Part shown: in pieces, positions 37,090 through 49,557 of the stretch
Numbering within the stretch: the stretch's first letter is position 1
Layout: each line of letters starts with the position of its first letter
Assembly (NCBI RefSeq): GCF_001194135.2
Contig: NC_068993.1
Coordinates: 39,712,685 to 39,776,684, forward strand
Origin: Octopus bimaculoides
Lineage: Eukaryota
DNA length: 64,000 bases
Direction: 5' to 3'
Position numbers and translations under genes: made by a program
Notes under the pieces: model-generated
What the model was told of the DNA's origin: nothing
Databases searched by the model: none
The model's input: the letters and a program-made list of their open reading frames with translations, nothing else

Positions 37090-38030
37090 GATCATTAAAT
37101 ACCTGGTGTTGCCAACGTTATACTTATTGATGCTGACTGTTGCAGAAATTCTGCTTCTAATTATAAGATGTTTGAATTTCACAAATTATCACCAATATTC
37201 GAAACAGTGAGTGGATTTATCGTTGGAAGTGTGCATAAACTTCAGAAAATGTGATTTTCATGTAATGCGTCTGTTTGGAGTATTTCAGGCCCTAACCTGT
37301 AGGTTTTATGGGATTTTTTGAACGCACCGAGAAGCTGTCAGTGGATATACTCTCTTTTGTAGCAGTCGGCGCTGTGTCTAACACGACCCATCATCTGAAA
37401 TGTTGACACCTACTTCGGGTTTGTTGTCCTACTTCACTCATAAAGTAAATCTGGAGGAATTGTGATTGTTCATTTGTGGGTAACAGGGAACCAATGAGGT
37501 GATAGACTTGCCCTTGAACTTTGACGTCAGCGTAAATTCATGTTTATCTATCTTCTTAGATGCACCAAACAATGTCATTTGCAGAGTTGTATTGTCTGAT
37601 ATTGTTCAGAAAAGCCTTTGACTGGATGGAAATGCCTTCTAGAAGATCCATAAGATGTTGAGAAGGAGCTAGTAGTGCTGGCAATGTTACCCGACCAGCT
37701 GAGCAGCACATACCATTTGTTTCATTTGAAAATTTGAAAGCTCTACAGAAAAGACAAATTGTGTTTGGCACACCAATTTGGACAGAGTTATTATCTTTAT
37801 AAGAATGGGATGGATCATATCGGAAAACAGCTTCAGGAGTTGTGAAGAACGAATTTGCACGTAGTCTGTTTCTGAGAACTATTCTAATCATTAAAACATT
37901 GATTTAATGATCCAGCATTAAGTGCTGCAACATGCATTTGCTGATGTTGAGAAAATCTCATCTAGCTTCTCTCTTCAGACTCTCGCCTTCGGTTTTCTAC
38001 AATCCTCCTTGCTTTATGCTTGTTTCTAGA
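37090..38030 (-). pseudogene. Helitron Rep/helicase N-terminal fragment
   Basis: VFRYDPSHSYKDNNSVQIG..ICLFCRAFKFSNETNGMCCSAGRVTLPALLAPSQHLMDLLEG.SIQSKAFLNNIRQYNSA/(fs)MTLFGA../(fs)QGQVYHLIGSLLP...QFLQIYF gives the Helitron CxxC...CC..GKV, F..NIR.YNSAFQMTSFGA and GQVYH..GSLLP motifs. Confidence 0.92.
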
Positions 38031-38835
38031 GAGATTACGTTTTTTCTTTGGTGGCATATTTTTCCCAATATTGTAAACAAAAAAAATATGAACGTAGAAA
38101 GAAATTATACATTAATCTCTATTTTTGTAAGCAGTTGTAGCCATAAAAATTTCATTTGAAGAGAGGAGATATTGAAAGAAAATAAAGCGAAAAGAACAGA
38201 GAAAGAAAGTGAAAGATGTATGAACGTCTATTTGAAATGGACGTGTGTATGCGTGTATGTGTTTGTGTGTGTATGCATGCGTGCTTGCGCGTGTGTATGT
38301 GAGAGAGAAAGAGGGTGAGAAAGAGAGATAGAGCGAGTGAGTGAAGGTGTGTGTCGCGATGATTGACGTCTTTTAATGTACACAAACATAAAGAAAATGT
38401 GACGTCATCGTATAAAATTTTTACGATAGTTGATTTATGGAAAAGATTATGTTACATTTTTGAAATGCAAATATGTGAATGAAAATTAAGTTTAATTTGT
38501 AGCCAAAATAATACTGAATCTTTTGATACCCCATACATCAAAATCTGTTACTCGGTTTTGGAAAGTATAAGGAATATATAGTATCAATGAGACAGACCTC
38601 TACATGGTAGCTAGTCCTGGTAGAAATAGCAGTCAAATCTCCCTCAAAACACCCTACTGTCTTAATCCGACAATTCTGCCTATTATGTAGTTTGAATGAG
38701 AAACTGTAATGTGTGCCGGTGTGTATGTGTGCGTGTGTACACACCACACATATGTGTGAGACAATATGTGAGTGCATTTTATGCTTCATAGCTCACTATG
38801 TGTGAATCTCTCCGTCCGTCTATTATCTATCTATC

Positions 38836-38873
<38 letters not shown>

Positions 38874-39834
38874 CGCCATCAATCTTTCTTTATCTAGCAT
38901 NNNNNNNNNNNNNNNNNNNNNNNNNNNNNNNNNNNNNNNNNNNNNNNNNNNNNNNNNNNNNNNNNNNNNNNNNNNNNNNNNNNNNNNNNNNNNNNNNNNN
39001 NNNNNNNNNNNNNNNNNNNNNNNNNNNNNNNNNNNNNNNNNNNNNNNNNNNNNNNNNNNNNNNNNNNNNNNNNNNNNNNNNNNNNNNNNNNNNNNNNNNN
39101 NNNNNNNNNNNNNNNNNNNNNNNNNNNNNNNNNNNNNNNNNNNNNNNNNNNNNNNNNNNNNNNNNNNNNNNNNNNNNNNNNNNNNNNNNNNNNNNNNNNN
39201 NNNNNNNNNNNNNNNNNNNNNNNNNNNNNNNNNNNNNNNNNNNNNNNNNNNNNNNNNNATATATATATATATATATACACATACATACATACATATGTAT
39301 GTATACATGAATATGTACATATTCTTTTCCTTACATCCTGGGTGAAGATTACTTTCAAGAACAATGAAAAATTAGGTTTACGAATAGAGTGTAATAATAA
39401 CTTAAACGTTATGTTATGGATAACTGTGACATTATAAGCTATAAGGTCAGTTTCTTATATAATATCTGTGCAGAAGACGTTTTCAGATAGATATATCTTG
39501 ACTGGATATACTGTCGGGTATGTTTAACATTTCGGCCAATACTTCAGATGAGTTTTATGGAAAATATCAAGTGATAAGAATGATGTAATCCAGCACTTAA
39601 AATATTTGACACTTAAAATACATCGCTTATTGTGTAATTCGTATAATGTGTCTTGTTGTGTGTTCTTATCGATAATCTGGTGCTCTTAGGGAAATTTCGT
39701 ATTTTCGCATCTGAAAGGAAAATAGTCATGAATACATATCAATAATGCTGCTTGGAAACAAGTACTGTTTTTGCATTTGCAAATAAACAAGATATCAACA
39801 GTCAAGAAAAATTTTATTTTATTTCTTATGTGGC

Positions 39835-40830
39835 GTAAAGAATTTAGATTGCAGAATCGTTTACCCGTGTGACAAAATGCCATATTTTGTAATATTAGTT
39901 CCGTTTCTTTACGTTCTGATTTCAAATCCAGCCGCGGTTAATTTTGTCTTTCATTCTTTTAGGTTCGTTGTTTTAGAGTTCTAAGATTCTCTTCTAAAAT
40001 TTGTTAGTCTAACTCCATAATCAAACCATTGGTGAGTCAATGAAAGATCTTCCGTTATTTGTTTGGCTCTTTACGTTATGATTACAAAACCCACTGGGGT
40101 CAAATCTACGCTTCGAGCATTGGGGATCGTTATAATTAAACACCAGTAAAGTTCTGATGTTGCTCTAATCAACTAAGTTACACTCCAGAAAATTGTTACT
40201 CTGGTGCCCAGATGAGAATCTAAAGCGGTGAGGTGGGTCGAAAAATTATCTTTCGTTATTTTGTTCTGATTTCCAAGCGGTCCGAGGACATATTTGCCTT
40301 TCTGATTCGGTACAAGAAAGTACCATGGAAATATTAAGGTCAATTTATTTGACTAACCACTTCACTAAAAAGTTTTGGCCTAAATTAGAAATCATTGTTG
40401 TTATCCTGCGAGCTGGCAGAATCATTTTCACGGTGGGCAAATTTTTAAGAATTATTTCTTCCGAATCTATGTGCTAAGCTTAAATTCTGCTGAGGTCACC
40501 TTTGTCTTCAGAGGCGATAAAATAATTATCAGTAGAACACTGGGGTTGATGTAATCGGCTCACAACTTCTAAAATTGCTGGTTTTGTGCAAAAATTTAGA
40601 AATCTTCATTCATTTAATCTCTAGGTGGTTGCTAAAAATTGTGTATTAGTCAAGTATTTTGGTTGACTTATTCCCACCAAAACATCTGTTCTTGTGCCTA
40701 AAATGAAAGTATTTCGTACTTGTCGAATTGGTAGAATTGTTAGAATGTTGGGCAAGTTCCATGAAGTATTTGTACCAGCACTTTAAGTTCTGTGTTCAAA
40801 TTTCACCGAGATCAACCCAATGTTTTAAGG
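39835..40830 (+). mobile_element. Cluster of about 5 degenerate head-to-tail SINE family A copies
   Basis: Recurrent B-box/body pieces at about 39900 (TTACGTTCTGATTTCAAATCC), 40070, 40260, 40410 (GCGAGCTGGCAGAATC) and 40730-40830. Confidence 0.7.
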
Positions 40831-41415
40831 TATTGGACTGGCGGATTTATAAAAATGTCATACAGAATGAGTCCCTGTGTTTGTTCATAGGTTATATGAA
40901 TAGTAATCTAAGTTCATCTCCCGGTTAAACACACTACCTGGCACCTTACAAGCATGTGGGCCAGGATTTCGGTTTGAAGATATCTTTGTCACCAGTCTCG
41001 GAGGCCCTGTAAAGTTTCAGAGGCACTGCCTTCTTTTCTGACTAAACAGATAAAGCATTTCAAATGTGTACATTGTCGACTGCCGTATATGCTAGTAACA
41101 GAAACCAAAATCCTTTGATATAACACTTTACACTGTGCCATTAAAACAAGAATTATTTCTAGATGATAATCATAAATATACGGTCCATGGAAGAGAGCAA
41201 AATCTATGAGTTCGCCACAACTGGAATATCTTTGAATCATAGATCCACTTGATCAGAGTTAACTTGGAGTTAAACACTACGGAAACATCATACAACATTG
41301 GAAAATGTCGCTGGGTTCTCGAGCTGCTAGAAATAGCAACCATATGCACAATCTTTCATATGCGTGCTACTGCGGTAAAGACGAATTGACACACTAAATA
41401 AAGTAGTCCTACGTA

Positions 41416-42120
41416 TACAAGGAGCATTCGTGAAGTTTTGAGACTTTTTTTGAGAAAGACAATTATTAATGTGAAGAAAGTGCAAAACTCTAATCTTCGA
41501 AGTAGGATCATCTGACTTCAGTGCAGTTTTTGTAGCGCTCCAGTCACCAAATAGAGGCCCTACAGAAGCCCTCAAAAAGTGAAGCCCTCAAAAAGTGAAG
41601 CCCTCAAAAAGTGAAGCCCTTCAGGATCCTTGTAACAGTCTCCCTCATGTCTTTAAAACGACATCTATCGAGGTTCTCCTTCAGCTTGTGGGAAGTGAGG
41701 CGAGGCAAACAAAAGTTACAGTGAACAAGGTGTGGACTGTAGAGAGGGTGACGGATACTTTAGATACGCATCTCTGTCAAATAGTTGTTTATTTCCAGGA
41801 TGGAATTGTGTGCAGGATCATTGACTTAGTGCAGATGATGTGTACCCTTGCGACGAAATCTCTTTCTGAACATTTTCAAAAGCACTCTTTGTTCAACGTC
41901 TGACGAAAGGGAACCCACTAGATGTAGATTGTGTCCTTACTATCAAAAAGGGTGGTAATAATGTGTTTCTAGCTTGACATGCATTGTCTGCCTTTTTGTA
42001 CCAGCGAAAAACATATACTGGGTATATAGTGGTTAATCCGTAAGCAGTCTGAAGAGTTCCAGTTTCACAGAAAACACTATTGCATAGTGAGCTGAACAAT
42101 TGTCATCGGGACCTGACTGC
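41416..42120 (-). pseudogene. Mariner transposase pseudogene with 3' TIR-like end
   Basis: Minus strand: FRKRFRRK..., NDPAHNSILEINNYLTEMRI*SIRHPLYSPHLVHCNF..KLKENL..RF..MRETVTRIL..., WLERYKNCTEVR*SYFED; ends in AAAAAAGTCTCAAAACTTCACGAATGCTCCTTG-TA. Confidence 0.88.
41565..41620. repeat. 16-bp tandem repeat (GAAGCCCTCAAAAAGT) x3.5
   Basis: Three perfect units plus 8 bp, inside the mariner coding remnant. Confidence 0.95.
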
Positions 42121-42334
42121 ATTCAGCAAACTAGTGTTTAGTAGGATGACAAGTAATTTCAATATGGTATGTGCAAAGTGCTGTTACAGCAATCTGGTAT
42201 AACAAACATCGACAGCTCAGCTTATTAGGTGTATAATAATGATATACTGAAATTACAATAACCGAGAGCACAGAGCGCAAACGAGCAGCTTTCTTAGGTA
42301 GCAAATCGGTAAAAAAAAAAAAAAACCGAATTTT

Positions 42335-42590
42335 GCCTTGTACGGTTGTGTATCCCACCACGATTTCCTGCCCCAAACCAGTTTCCAGAGCACAGTTGAG
42401 GGAGGGCGAAAGTGAGGCAGACAGAGAAAATCCTGGTTTTACAACATCAAGAACTGGACGGGTCACAACACAGCGACACTATTACGCATGACAGAGAGCA
42501 GAGACCAATGGCGACGGCTGACTATGAAAGCGACTAGAGTGGCACCCCAACGACTGGCTGCATCAGTTAAGAGATCTTGATGTTGATGAG
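42335..42590 (+). pseudogene. RTE-clade LINE 3' end
   Basis: LYGCVSHHDFLPQTSFQSTVEGGRK*GRQRKSWFYNIKNWTGHNTATLLRMTESRDQWRRL matches the RTE C-terminal pattern GHV.R......G...G.R.RGR....W...I..W; followed by a GATGTTGATG tail. Confidence 0.85.
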
Positions 42591-43144
42591 AACAGTGATA
42601 ACGGCCGCTCCTGAAAACCTTTCAAACTCCTGGAAACCGTATTTGAAATAAGACTGGAGGGTCAAGGTTTTGGTGTCTTTCATCGGAGAAGAGCAACAAC
42701 GTCTATACCAACAACAACTACAACAGCCACAAATTATTAAATGTTTTGTTTTTGCATTCACTTGCTTTCCATTATTTAATATGCATTTTTTTTATAGATT
42801 TACATTTGTTATGTTTTTGATTTAGTTATTTTTCACATATTTTCCATTAATTACTTATTAATTAATTTCTTATTAATTCCTGCTCCATCAAAAATATTTT
42901 TTACAAATGCAAATTCATGTAAGCATAAAATTTTCAAGAATCTTTGCTAATTATTAATTTTTTTTCATTTAACCTTTGGAAATAAGTGCAGTTTGCGTAT
43001 GTACGTTGATATACACATACATAGTTACATACATGTAACTATGTACGTATATGTATGTATATAAATTAAATATGTATATATGTATGCGTGTATGTATGTA
43101 TTATGTATGTAGCTATGTACGTATGTATGTATGCATGTATGTAT

Positions 43145-43206
<62 letters not shown>

Positions 43207-43446
43207 NNNNNNNNNNNNNNNNNNNNNNNNNNNNNNNNNNNNNNNNNNNNNNNNNNNNNNNNNNNNNNNNNNNNNNNNNNNNNNNNNNNNNNNNNNNNNN
43301 NNNNNNNNNNNNNNNNNNNNNNNNNNGATAGATAGATACATACAATCATACATACATAGATAGAAAGATTCAAGATTAGAAACAAGGAAACAAAATAACA
43401 GTTTATGAACACTCAGTTGTAAATACAACAATTCCTACTCCTGCTC

Positions 43447-43447
<1 letters not shown>

Positions 43448-43510
<63 letters not shown>

Positions 43511-43518
43511 AACTACTA
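43448..43518. repeat. (CTA)n microsatellite
   Basis: Direct reading. Confidence 0.97.
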
Positions 43519-43742
43519 TAGGCACAAGGCTTAAAATTGTGAGGGGAGGGATTTTCTTTATTGTATCGACTCCAATAGGCAGCTGGTTTTTATTTCATTT
43601 TTTCGGGTTCGAGAAAATAATTACCAATCATGTACCGGGGTCGATGAAACTGACTAGTCCCCCTCTTTTAAATTTTTAGGCTTTGTACGTTTAGCAGAAA
43701 GGTTTATCATTATTATTAATATAATCATTATCATCATCATCA

Positions 43743-43795
<53 letters not shown>

Positions 43796-44439
43796 GAGTG
43801 AGATAGCAGTGCTTAGCATCAAAGTGTCACTGGGGTAAAATATACAAAACCCAGTATACTCATCATGACTACATGTCTGATAAGGGTACACCAGGCACGT
43901 GCATCACAACCATATGTGCGTGACATAGTGATCTCATATCAATATAAACAGCACATGACCTTGCAGGTGGGGCCCAGTTAAAATTTTCTTCAGATCCAGT
44001 AGCCCATCCTGCTCAAAGGTCCCTGAATAAGGATTGTTTAAGGATGATGAACAAAACATCCATGTTTCCAGATTTGAATTATCCAAACCCCAAAGAATTC
44101 CTTTCAACACATGGCTATGATGCTCCCACACTACGTCTGCTCGTGATCAGAGATGCTCATATTGTCAGCCACTAAAGGACATGTTCAGCTGGTTAAGGTC
44201 AAACAACTGACAAGAAAATCTGTGGTATTGAGCAGAATATTTGCTGTAGCCCATCTTTTATNNNNNNNNNNTGTTCAGCTGGTTAAGGTCAAACAACTGA
44301 CAAGAAAATCTGTGGTATTGAGCAGAATATTTGCTGTAGCCCATCTTTTATATCAAGACAAAACAATGTACATGATAACACTTCCAATCAATTAAGATCA
44401 GAAGCCATGAGAGCCACTGCCTGGTACTGCATCAGGGCA
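43796..44439. mobile_element. Non-coding interspersed element embedded in (ATT)n
   Basis: Sharp boundaries (ATT)n|GAGTGAGATAGCAGTGC ... GTACTGCATCAGGGCA|TTTATTATTATT; no TIRs and no long ORF. Contains a 10-N gap with an 80-bp artefactual duplication. Confidence 0.65.
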
Positions 44440-44464
44440 TTTATTATTATTATTATTGCTATTA

Positions 44465-45150
44465 TTGGTTTCAAATTTTTGCACAGGGCCAGCAGTTTTT
44501 GAGAGGTCGACGACGTCAACGCCAGTATTTGACTGGTACTTACATTATCGACCCCGAAACGATGACAAATAAAGTCAACTTATACGGAATTTGTACTCAG
44601 GACCGACTTTGCCATTCATTACTTCGGGATCGATAAAAGAAATACAAGTTCAGCACCGGGGTCGACGTAATGGACTAGTCCACTCCCGTGAAATTTCAGG
44701 CTTTGTGCCTATAGCAGAAAGTGAGTATTATTACCATTAAGACGGTGGATTGGCAGAATCATTAGTAGCTCAGATAAAATTCTTCGTAAGACGGCGAGCT
44801 GGCAGAATCGTTAGCACGCCGGGCGAAATGCTTCGCAGTATTTCGCCCGACGCTATGTTCTGAGTTCAAATTCCTTCGAGATCGCCTTTGCCTTTTATCC
44901 GTCCGGGGTCGATATAGTAAGTACCAGTTGAATACTGGGGTAGATATAATCGATTATCATACACCTCCAAATTTCAGGCCATGTGCCAATAGTAGAGAGG
45001 ATAAAATTCTTTGTAAAATTTCTTCAGCATATATACAGCTCAAATCATGCTCAGATCAACTTTGCTTTTCATTCTTTCAGGGTTGATAAAATACACCAAC
45101 CTTAGTCAGTTGAGGGATCGATGTAATTGACTTTAATCTCGCTTCAAATT
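44465..45150. mobile_element. SINE family A cluster: one minus-strand copy then at least three plus-strand copies
   Basis: CTGGTACTTACATTATCGACCCCGAAA (minus, about 44530); GGGATCGATAAAAG (plus, about 44625); GCGAGCTGGCAGAATCGTTAGCACGCCGGGCGAAATGC (plus, 44794-44995); GGGTTGATAAAATAC (plus, about 45080). Confidence 0.87.
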
Positions 45151-45676
45151 TACTGGCGCTAAACTTTAAAAAAAAACATTTTGTTGTTGTTGTTGTTAGA
45201 CTATAAGAAGAGCGCGACGCGATTTTTAATAGATTGTTTATTTAAACGGTTTGAACGATAATTCGATAGCTCGTCTGTCTTCTTCAAGTTCAAAATGTAA
45301 AATGAAAGCAGATGCGGAAACAAAAGAAATTCAAAATATAAACGAGGAAATCTTGCGTTCCTAGTTTGGTAGAATGACATTATCGGTTTTCAATTTTTGT
45401 AACTGGTTAAAGGAAAAAGAAAGAAAATAGAAAAAAATTATTATTAATATTATTGTTGTTGTTAATGATGATGATGTTTTGGTGGTGGTAGTTGTGGTGA
45501 TAGAGTCAGAATAGTTCGAGTGTTGAAAAAATGCTTTGTGATATTTCTTCCGGCGCTTTATGTTCTAAATTCAACCCTTTCTGTGATCAACTTTAATTTC
45601 CATCCTTTGCAGATCGGTGAAAGAAGTATTGAAGTCAATGATAATACTTATAACCCTTCTCCTTAATATGCATAAC

Positions 45677-45876
<200 letters not shown>

Positions 45877-46956
45877 TAACGACAAAAAATAGAGTGCATT
45901 TCGGTGGATGTGTGTGTATAAATTTCCACAAAGTTTCACTAACCGTCTTCCAATTACAGAGTATTGTTCAAGTCCATGCTATCCCAGAAGCTACTTTTTC
46001 AAGATATACCACGTTGGGTTCCAACACAGAACCACTTTTTGTAAAACGAATTTCTTAACTACAGAAACATGTTGGCGACCCTCATTGCTATTAAATTGCA
46101 GTTACCTTAATTGCGTTGTTCTATTATGTTAACGAAAAATTGTAATTAGCAGCTAATATTTCTAGAATTGTTGGCAGAAAAGTGTGATTGTAAACATCTA
46201 ACGCTAAAGATATTTCAAACAATCACAAATCATTCGTATTGGCTTTACGTTATAATGACAAGTGTATCAACTTCTGTCATGGTTCCAAGATAATAGGTGA
46301 CATTGACATTAGGCAGCTTAAAGGCTTGATTCACCAGTTGTCTGATCAACATGACGGGATCACACATTTCATTATATCTATAGCAGCGATTTACATGAAG
46401 TGAAATTTGTAATATGATCATTGTAATATGATAGATGTAGACAAACGAGTATTGACAGATATTCGAATCGAAGCCAAGTTCATTTTGTAAGTTAATTGAA
46501 TGCTTCTTCAGAAACAGGTGACTTAGACTATCAATTAATTTGTCAGTAAGGAACGGGTGTGCAAATAATTCTTCTCCTACGTTCTTAATTACAAAATATT
46601 TTTCTGAAAACTTTATTCCATTAGGTTATATTAATGTTTTAAGCACTAGACCTAATGACGCTGTTTTTGGAGGTCTGTTTCGTTACTTCCACGTACGTCG
46701 ATGGAATAAAACCATTGATGATTCCGTTCCTTGTGAATAGTACTAATTATTGCAGTGTATAAATAATGTTGGTTCTTGTCGACGCCAAAATGGAACCAAA
46801 GTTCCATAGTTATCGTTAAGGACAGGCTGGGAAGATATAATGCAAGAAATATTTTGCTGTTACTGTATGAACAAGTTACTGTAGGCTGAGTCCCTATGTT
46901 CTAACACAGTGTGATAACATATACATGTATTTATATATGTATATATGTATATATGC

Positions 46957-46991
<35 letters not shown>

Positions 46992-47129
46992 TATNNNNNN
47001 NNNNNNNNNNNNNNNNNNNNNNNNNNNNNNNNNNNNNNNNNNNNNNNNNNNNNNNNNNNNNNNNNNNNNNNNNNNNNNNNNNNNNNNNNNNNNNNNNNNN
47101 NNNNNNNNNNNNNNNNNNNNNNNNNNNNN

Positions 47130-47165
<36 letters not shown>

Positions 47166-47607
47166 ATATGCACACATACAAACATACATATATACACACA
47201 AACACACACGTATACATATACTTACGTAAGTATATATATATCCTTTCTCTTGACAAAAACATTAAAGAAAATAAATACATTTACGAAAGTTGTGTGCGTG
47301 CTCATAGATATATTTAAAGGCTTAACGCTATGTTGAAGATTAGTGTAGTTAATGTCATTTCTAACACAGCATATAGAGCCTTACAAGAATCAAAGCCGTA
47401 TAAGAGTTAACTTTCTAAAACTGTGTATTTCTGTAATTAGATTTAACTTACTAGGGTATCACAAATGAGATGTAATTTACATTAAAGAAACATCTATATA
47501 AATAATGGTAATAAATAATGAAAGATTTACATTCTATCATATAGTGAGTTGCCAAATATTACATGAGCGGAAGAAAAACTGAGAATAATTACCATATTTT
47601 TTATTTT

Positions 47608-47885
47608 TATCCTCTGGTTGTTACAGCAATTTGACTGCAGCTATACTGGGGCAAAACCTTGTAGGTTTTCGTCGAACAAATCGACCTCAGTACATATACC
47701 TTAAAGCCGGGTACTTCTGTCGGTTTCAGGCATATCTTCTTGGTAAAAAGTTTGCTTTCCCGTTACATGCTTCTGGATTAAATACCACTGCGCTACATCT
47801 CTGTTTTTTTTTCTGCTGTAGCCCTGAGCCGATAAAAGACTTGTTAGTAGATTTCGTAGACAGAAATTGAAAGACGTGCCTGTCA
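47608..47885 (-). mobile_element. SINE family B, degenerate
   Basis: CAATTTGACTGCAGCTATACTGGGGCA..AACAAATCGACC..GGGTACTT....CGATAAAAGAC..TTTCGTAGACAGAAATTGAAAGACG; the 3' part may contain an inverted segment. Confidence 0.65.
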
Positions 47886-48139
47886 TATATATCCAATTTG
47901 TTTATGGAAAACTTTTTTAATATGCAAATAAAGCTCCTTTTCCATTATGTACCCCTCTTGTAAACATCCGTTAATGTTATATCGCCTGAAGAACTGAATC
48001 CAAGAAGATGATCTACTCGATGCCCAACGATGCTACAGATTACACTGAACTCATCCCAGGAATACGGACTGTGATCTTAAGGGACATGTTGTTTTGGGAA
48101 ATGCACGAAGTTTTTTACTATTAATACTGTGTGTATGTG

Positions 48140-48177
<38 letters not shown>

Positions 48178-49535
48178 CGTGCGTATAAGTGTGTCTTTGT
48201 GCTTGTGTCTGTTTCCAACCATCATTGACCAGTGTTGATTGTTTGTGCCTCGTTAACGTAGCGGCTCGCATATATGTATGAATGTGTATGTGTATGTAAT
48301 AACAGTTTATAATTTTAAGAAACGAAGTCATTATATTGCTTCATTAACAGGTATTGCGAAAAGCCTAGCCTCCGTGGTTTTAGAGTAAATTGTATGGTAA
48401 ATACTCGATTATTCTTGTTTTAACTCCATGAAGATATACGAAGATATCTGAAGAGATGCTTTACCAGCAATGTAATGCATTCCTGGACTCATTCTGTAAT
48501 ATGCGGCAGAAAACAGATGTCAATTTAAGACCCTGAAAATTTCAAGTCTCAGGAAAAGTAATAGATAGTTGTTATATTTAGGCAAAATAAATACAATTAG
48601 CGTATTTACTTGTATATAAGTTGTACTATGTTAACTTGATTTTAATTAATAAACGTGGAGTTTATTAGACACGAGAAGCTAAAATTTTGAAGTGAAGTAA
48701 TTTTGTACCAAGATTTAACAGCAAATTAGATGTGCAGTGTATACACGACTTTGTCTTATACACGAGTACATGTGGTGTAGGCGAAGCCTAGCTAAGTTTC
48801 CCTTAGTTTCAGACGTAGGGCGTCTCGTTCAGTTTTTCTTTTCTCTGTTTAATATGAACAGGATGTGAGTTGAGGGATATTTCACAGCTATTTCTAGTTA
48901 GATACTCGACATGATATCATAAATAAAATCCAGGTGCGATTGAACTTTTTACTCTTTCTAAGGTGAACAGATTTTCGATCCTTTTCTTTATGCAACAATT
49001 TTGCAATGTCTAGATTTACAGCTGCCATAATGCCGAGGGCGAAGAAAAGGAAGCAAATGATAATTATGATAATGGAAATAATAATAACTTCGGCGATGAC
49101 GTTGATATAAAACAGACTACGATGCTACGTCAACTAAATTTGATTTCTTTATTGTTTATAAAACGTTTGTTGCAAACTGTTCCACCTATCAAATAAGAAG
49201 AAAAAACAGGTAAAAAGGAGTAAGTTTAACAAGAAAGAAAAGAAAAGGAACGTCATGAATAAATAAATATAGAAATAAATAAAGGCTTAAACAAATTAGA
49301 AAGAGAAAACAAAATTTGAAAATACAGGCATAGCGTTAAACAAGCGGAAATACTAATGTGAGAGAAGCCATCTTGTTTACAATACATATATAAATTGTTT
49401 CATTTCTAACAACGATATTTATGATAGAAAATACAAAAGATAGAAAGGAAAATAATACACAGAAGAAAAGAAAAACATAAACACGACACAAATAAGATGA
49501 TAAAACAAAAAGATGAAAAGGAAATATTTTCACAG

Positions 49536-49557
49536 TTCAGCCGCCATTTTACTGCAG
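49536..49557 (+). other. Candidate 22-nt micro-exon or YY1-type motif
   Basis: TTTTCACAG|TTCAGCCGCCATTTTACTGCAG|GTAAGC: canonical acceptor and strong donor enclosing the YY1/Pho consensus GCCGCCATTTT. Confidence 0.25.

Noticed and set aside
40930-41240. Open frames GPGFRFEDIFVTSLGGPVKFQR (plus) and an 83-aa minus-strand ORF
   Set aside because: No homology I can recognise and no supporting splice signals.
44182-44351. 80-bp direct repeat around a 10-N gap
   Set aside because: The same artefact pattern as at 18120-18275.
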